From Salinivirgaceae bacterium (GTDB lineage Bacteria; Bacteroidota; Bacteroidia; Bacteroidales; SZUA-534), in NCBI GenBank assembly GCA_016284875.1, contig JAEEPS010000002.1:18363-82362 (forward strand): a DNA stretch of 64,000 nucleotides. The letters are read 5' to 3'. Position numbers and translations under genes: made by a program. A model generated the notes under the pieces. The model did no database searches. It was given only the letters and a program-made list of their open reading frames with translations, and was not told where the DNA came from. Shown in pieces: positions 63,769-64,000 of this stretch; the stretch's first letter is position 1; each line of letters begins with the position of its first letter.

Positions 63769-64000
63769 ATGTTTGCAGTTATGATTTTGGTGTTCGTGCT
63801 CGGCTACATTGCCATTGCAATGGAACACCCTTTCAGAATTGACAAAGCGGCACCGGCGCTCTTCATCGGCGCGGCTTTGTGGGCTATTTATGCACTTGGC
63901 GCCGACAGCATTCTCTCGCTCGGCCACAGCGCAGCGTGGAACAAATACTCGCTGACCGTCGAAGGCGGTCTCACCGATGAGAACATCCACTCTTTCTTTA
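63769..64000 (+). CDS. NhaD-type Na+/H+ antiporter (IT superfamily), N-terminal fragment; runs off the window
   Basis: Hand translation from the ATG at 63769 gives MFAVMILVFVLGYIAIAMEHPFRIDKAAPALFIGAALWAIYALG.... The frame stays open to the window edge, so it is absent from the ORF track. Confidence 0.55.
   Translation, partial: MFAVMILVFVLGYIAIAMEHPFRIDKAAPALFIGAALWAIYALGADSILSLGHSAAWNKYSLTVEGGLTDENIHSFF

Noticed and set aside
63727-63990. 87-aa minus-strand ORF at the window edge
   Set aside because: The plus strand carries an open frame from the ATG at 63769 with a hydrophobic NhaD-like N-terminus, and the minus-strand ORF is its shadow.

Overview
The window reads as a chromosomal segment of a Bacteroidales (phylum Bacteroidota) bacterium that has a type IX secretion system (T9SS); the sequence does not support a finer taxonomic call. 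I call about 42 protein genes and find no rRNA, tRNA, CRISPR array, transposase or integrase. Housekeeping content includes pyruvate:ferredoxin oxidoreductase, an aminotransferase, proS, the conserved thrS-infC-rpmI-rplT block, lepB-dapB, and a four-gene Na+-pumping methylmalonyl-CoA decarboxylase operon. That operon is followed by lipid-related genes, a flavin reductase, a ClC channel and a truncated NhaD-type antiporter. Carbohydrate content is a LacI-type regulator with GH67 alpha-glucuronidase, uxuB and uxuA, plus a GH9 enzyme and a GH3/beta-lactamase-fold fusion. The accessory content is mostly cell-surface genes. (1) A 2774-aa LRR plus InlB-B-repeat protein carries a T9SS C-terminal sorting domain and is flanked by a beta-helix lipoprotein and an outer-membrane beta-barrel. 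(2) A very low-complexity Tyr/His/Trp-rich and Ser/Gly-rich lipoprotein is encoded directly upstream of a FadL-like barrel. (3) A strongly AT-rich polytopic membrane/TPR gene is paired with a TolB-like lipoprotein that carries one CXXCH motif. (4) A lipoprotein is translationally coupled to a PorP/SprF-like barrel. (5) A small T9SS cargo lies next to a tail-fibre-like repeat protein. Independently of the genes, at least eight intergenic spacers contain modular, degenerate tandem repeats with a 7-nt period (units such as GCATTAG, GAATTAC/T, TTGnAAC, GTCTGAA, TTCTAAA). Some spacers share identical strings of 16-18 nt, and I cannot assign these repeats to any repeat family I know. All calls come from reading the supplied ORF translations and the DNA by eye; no searches were run, so family names are recognition from memory.
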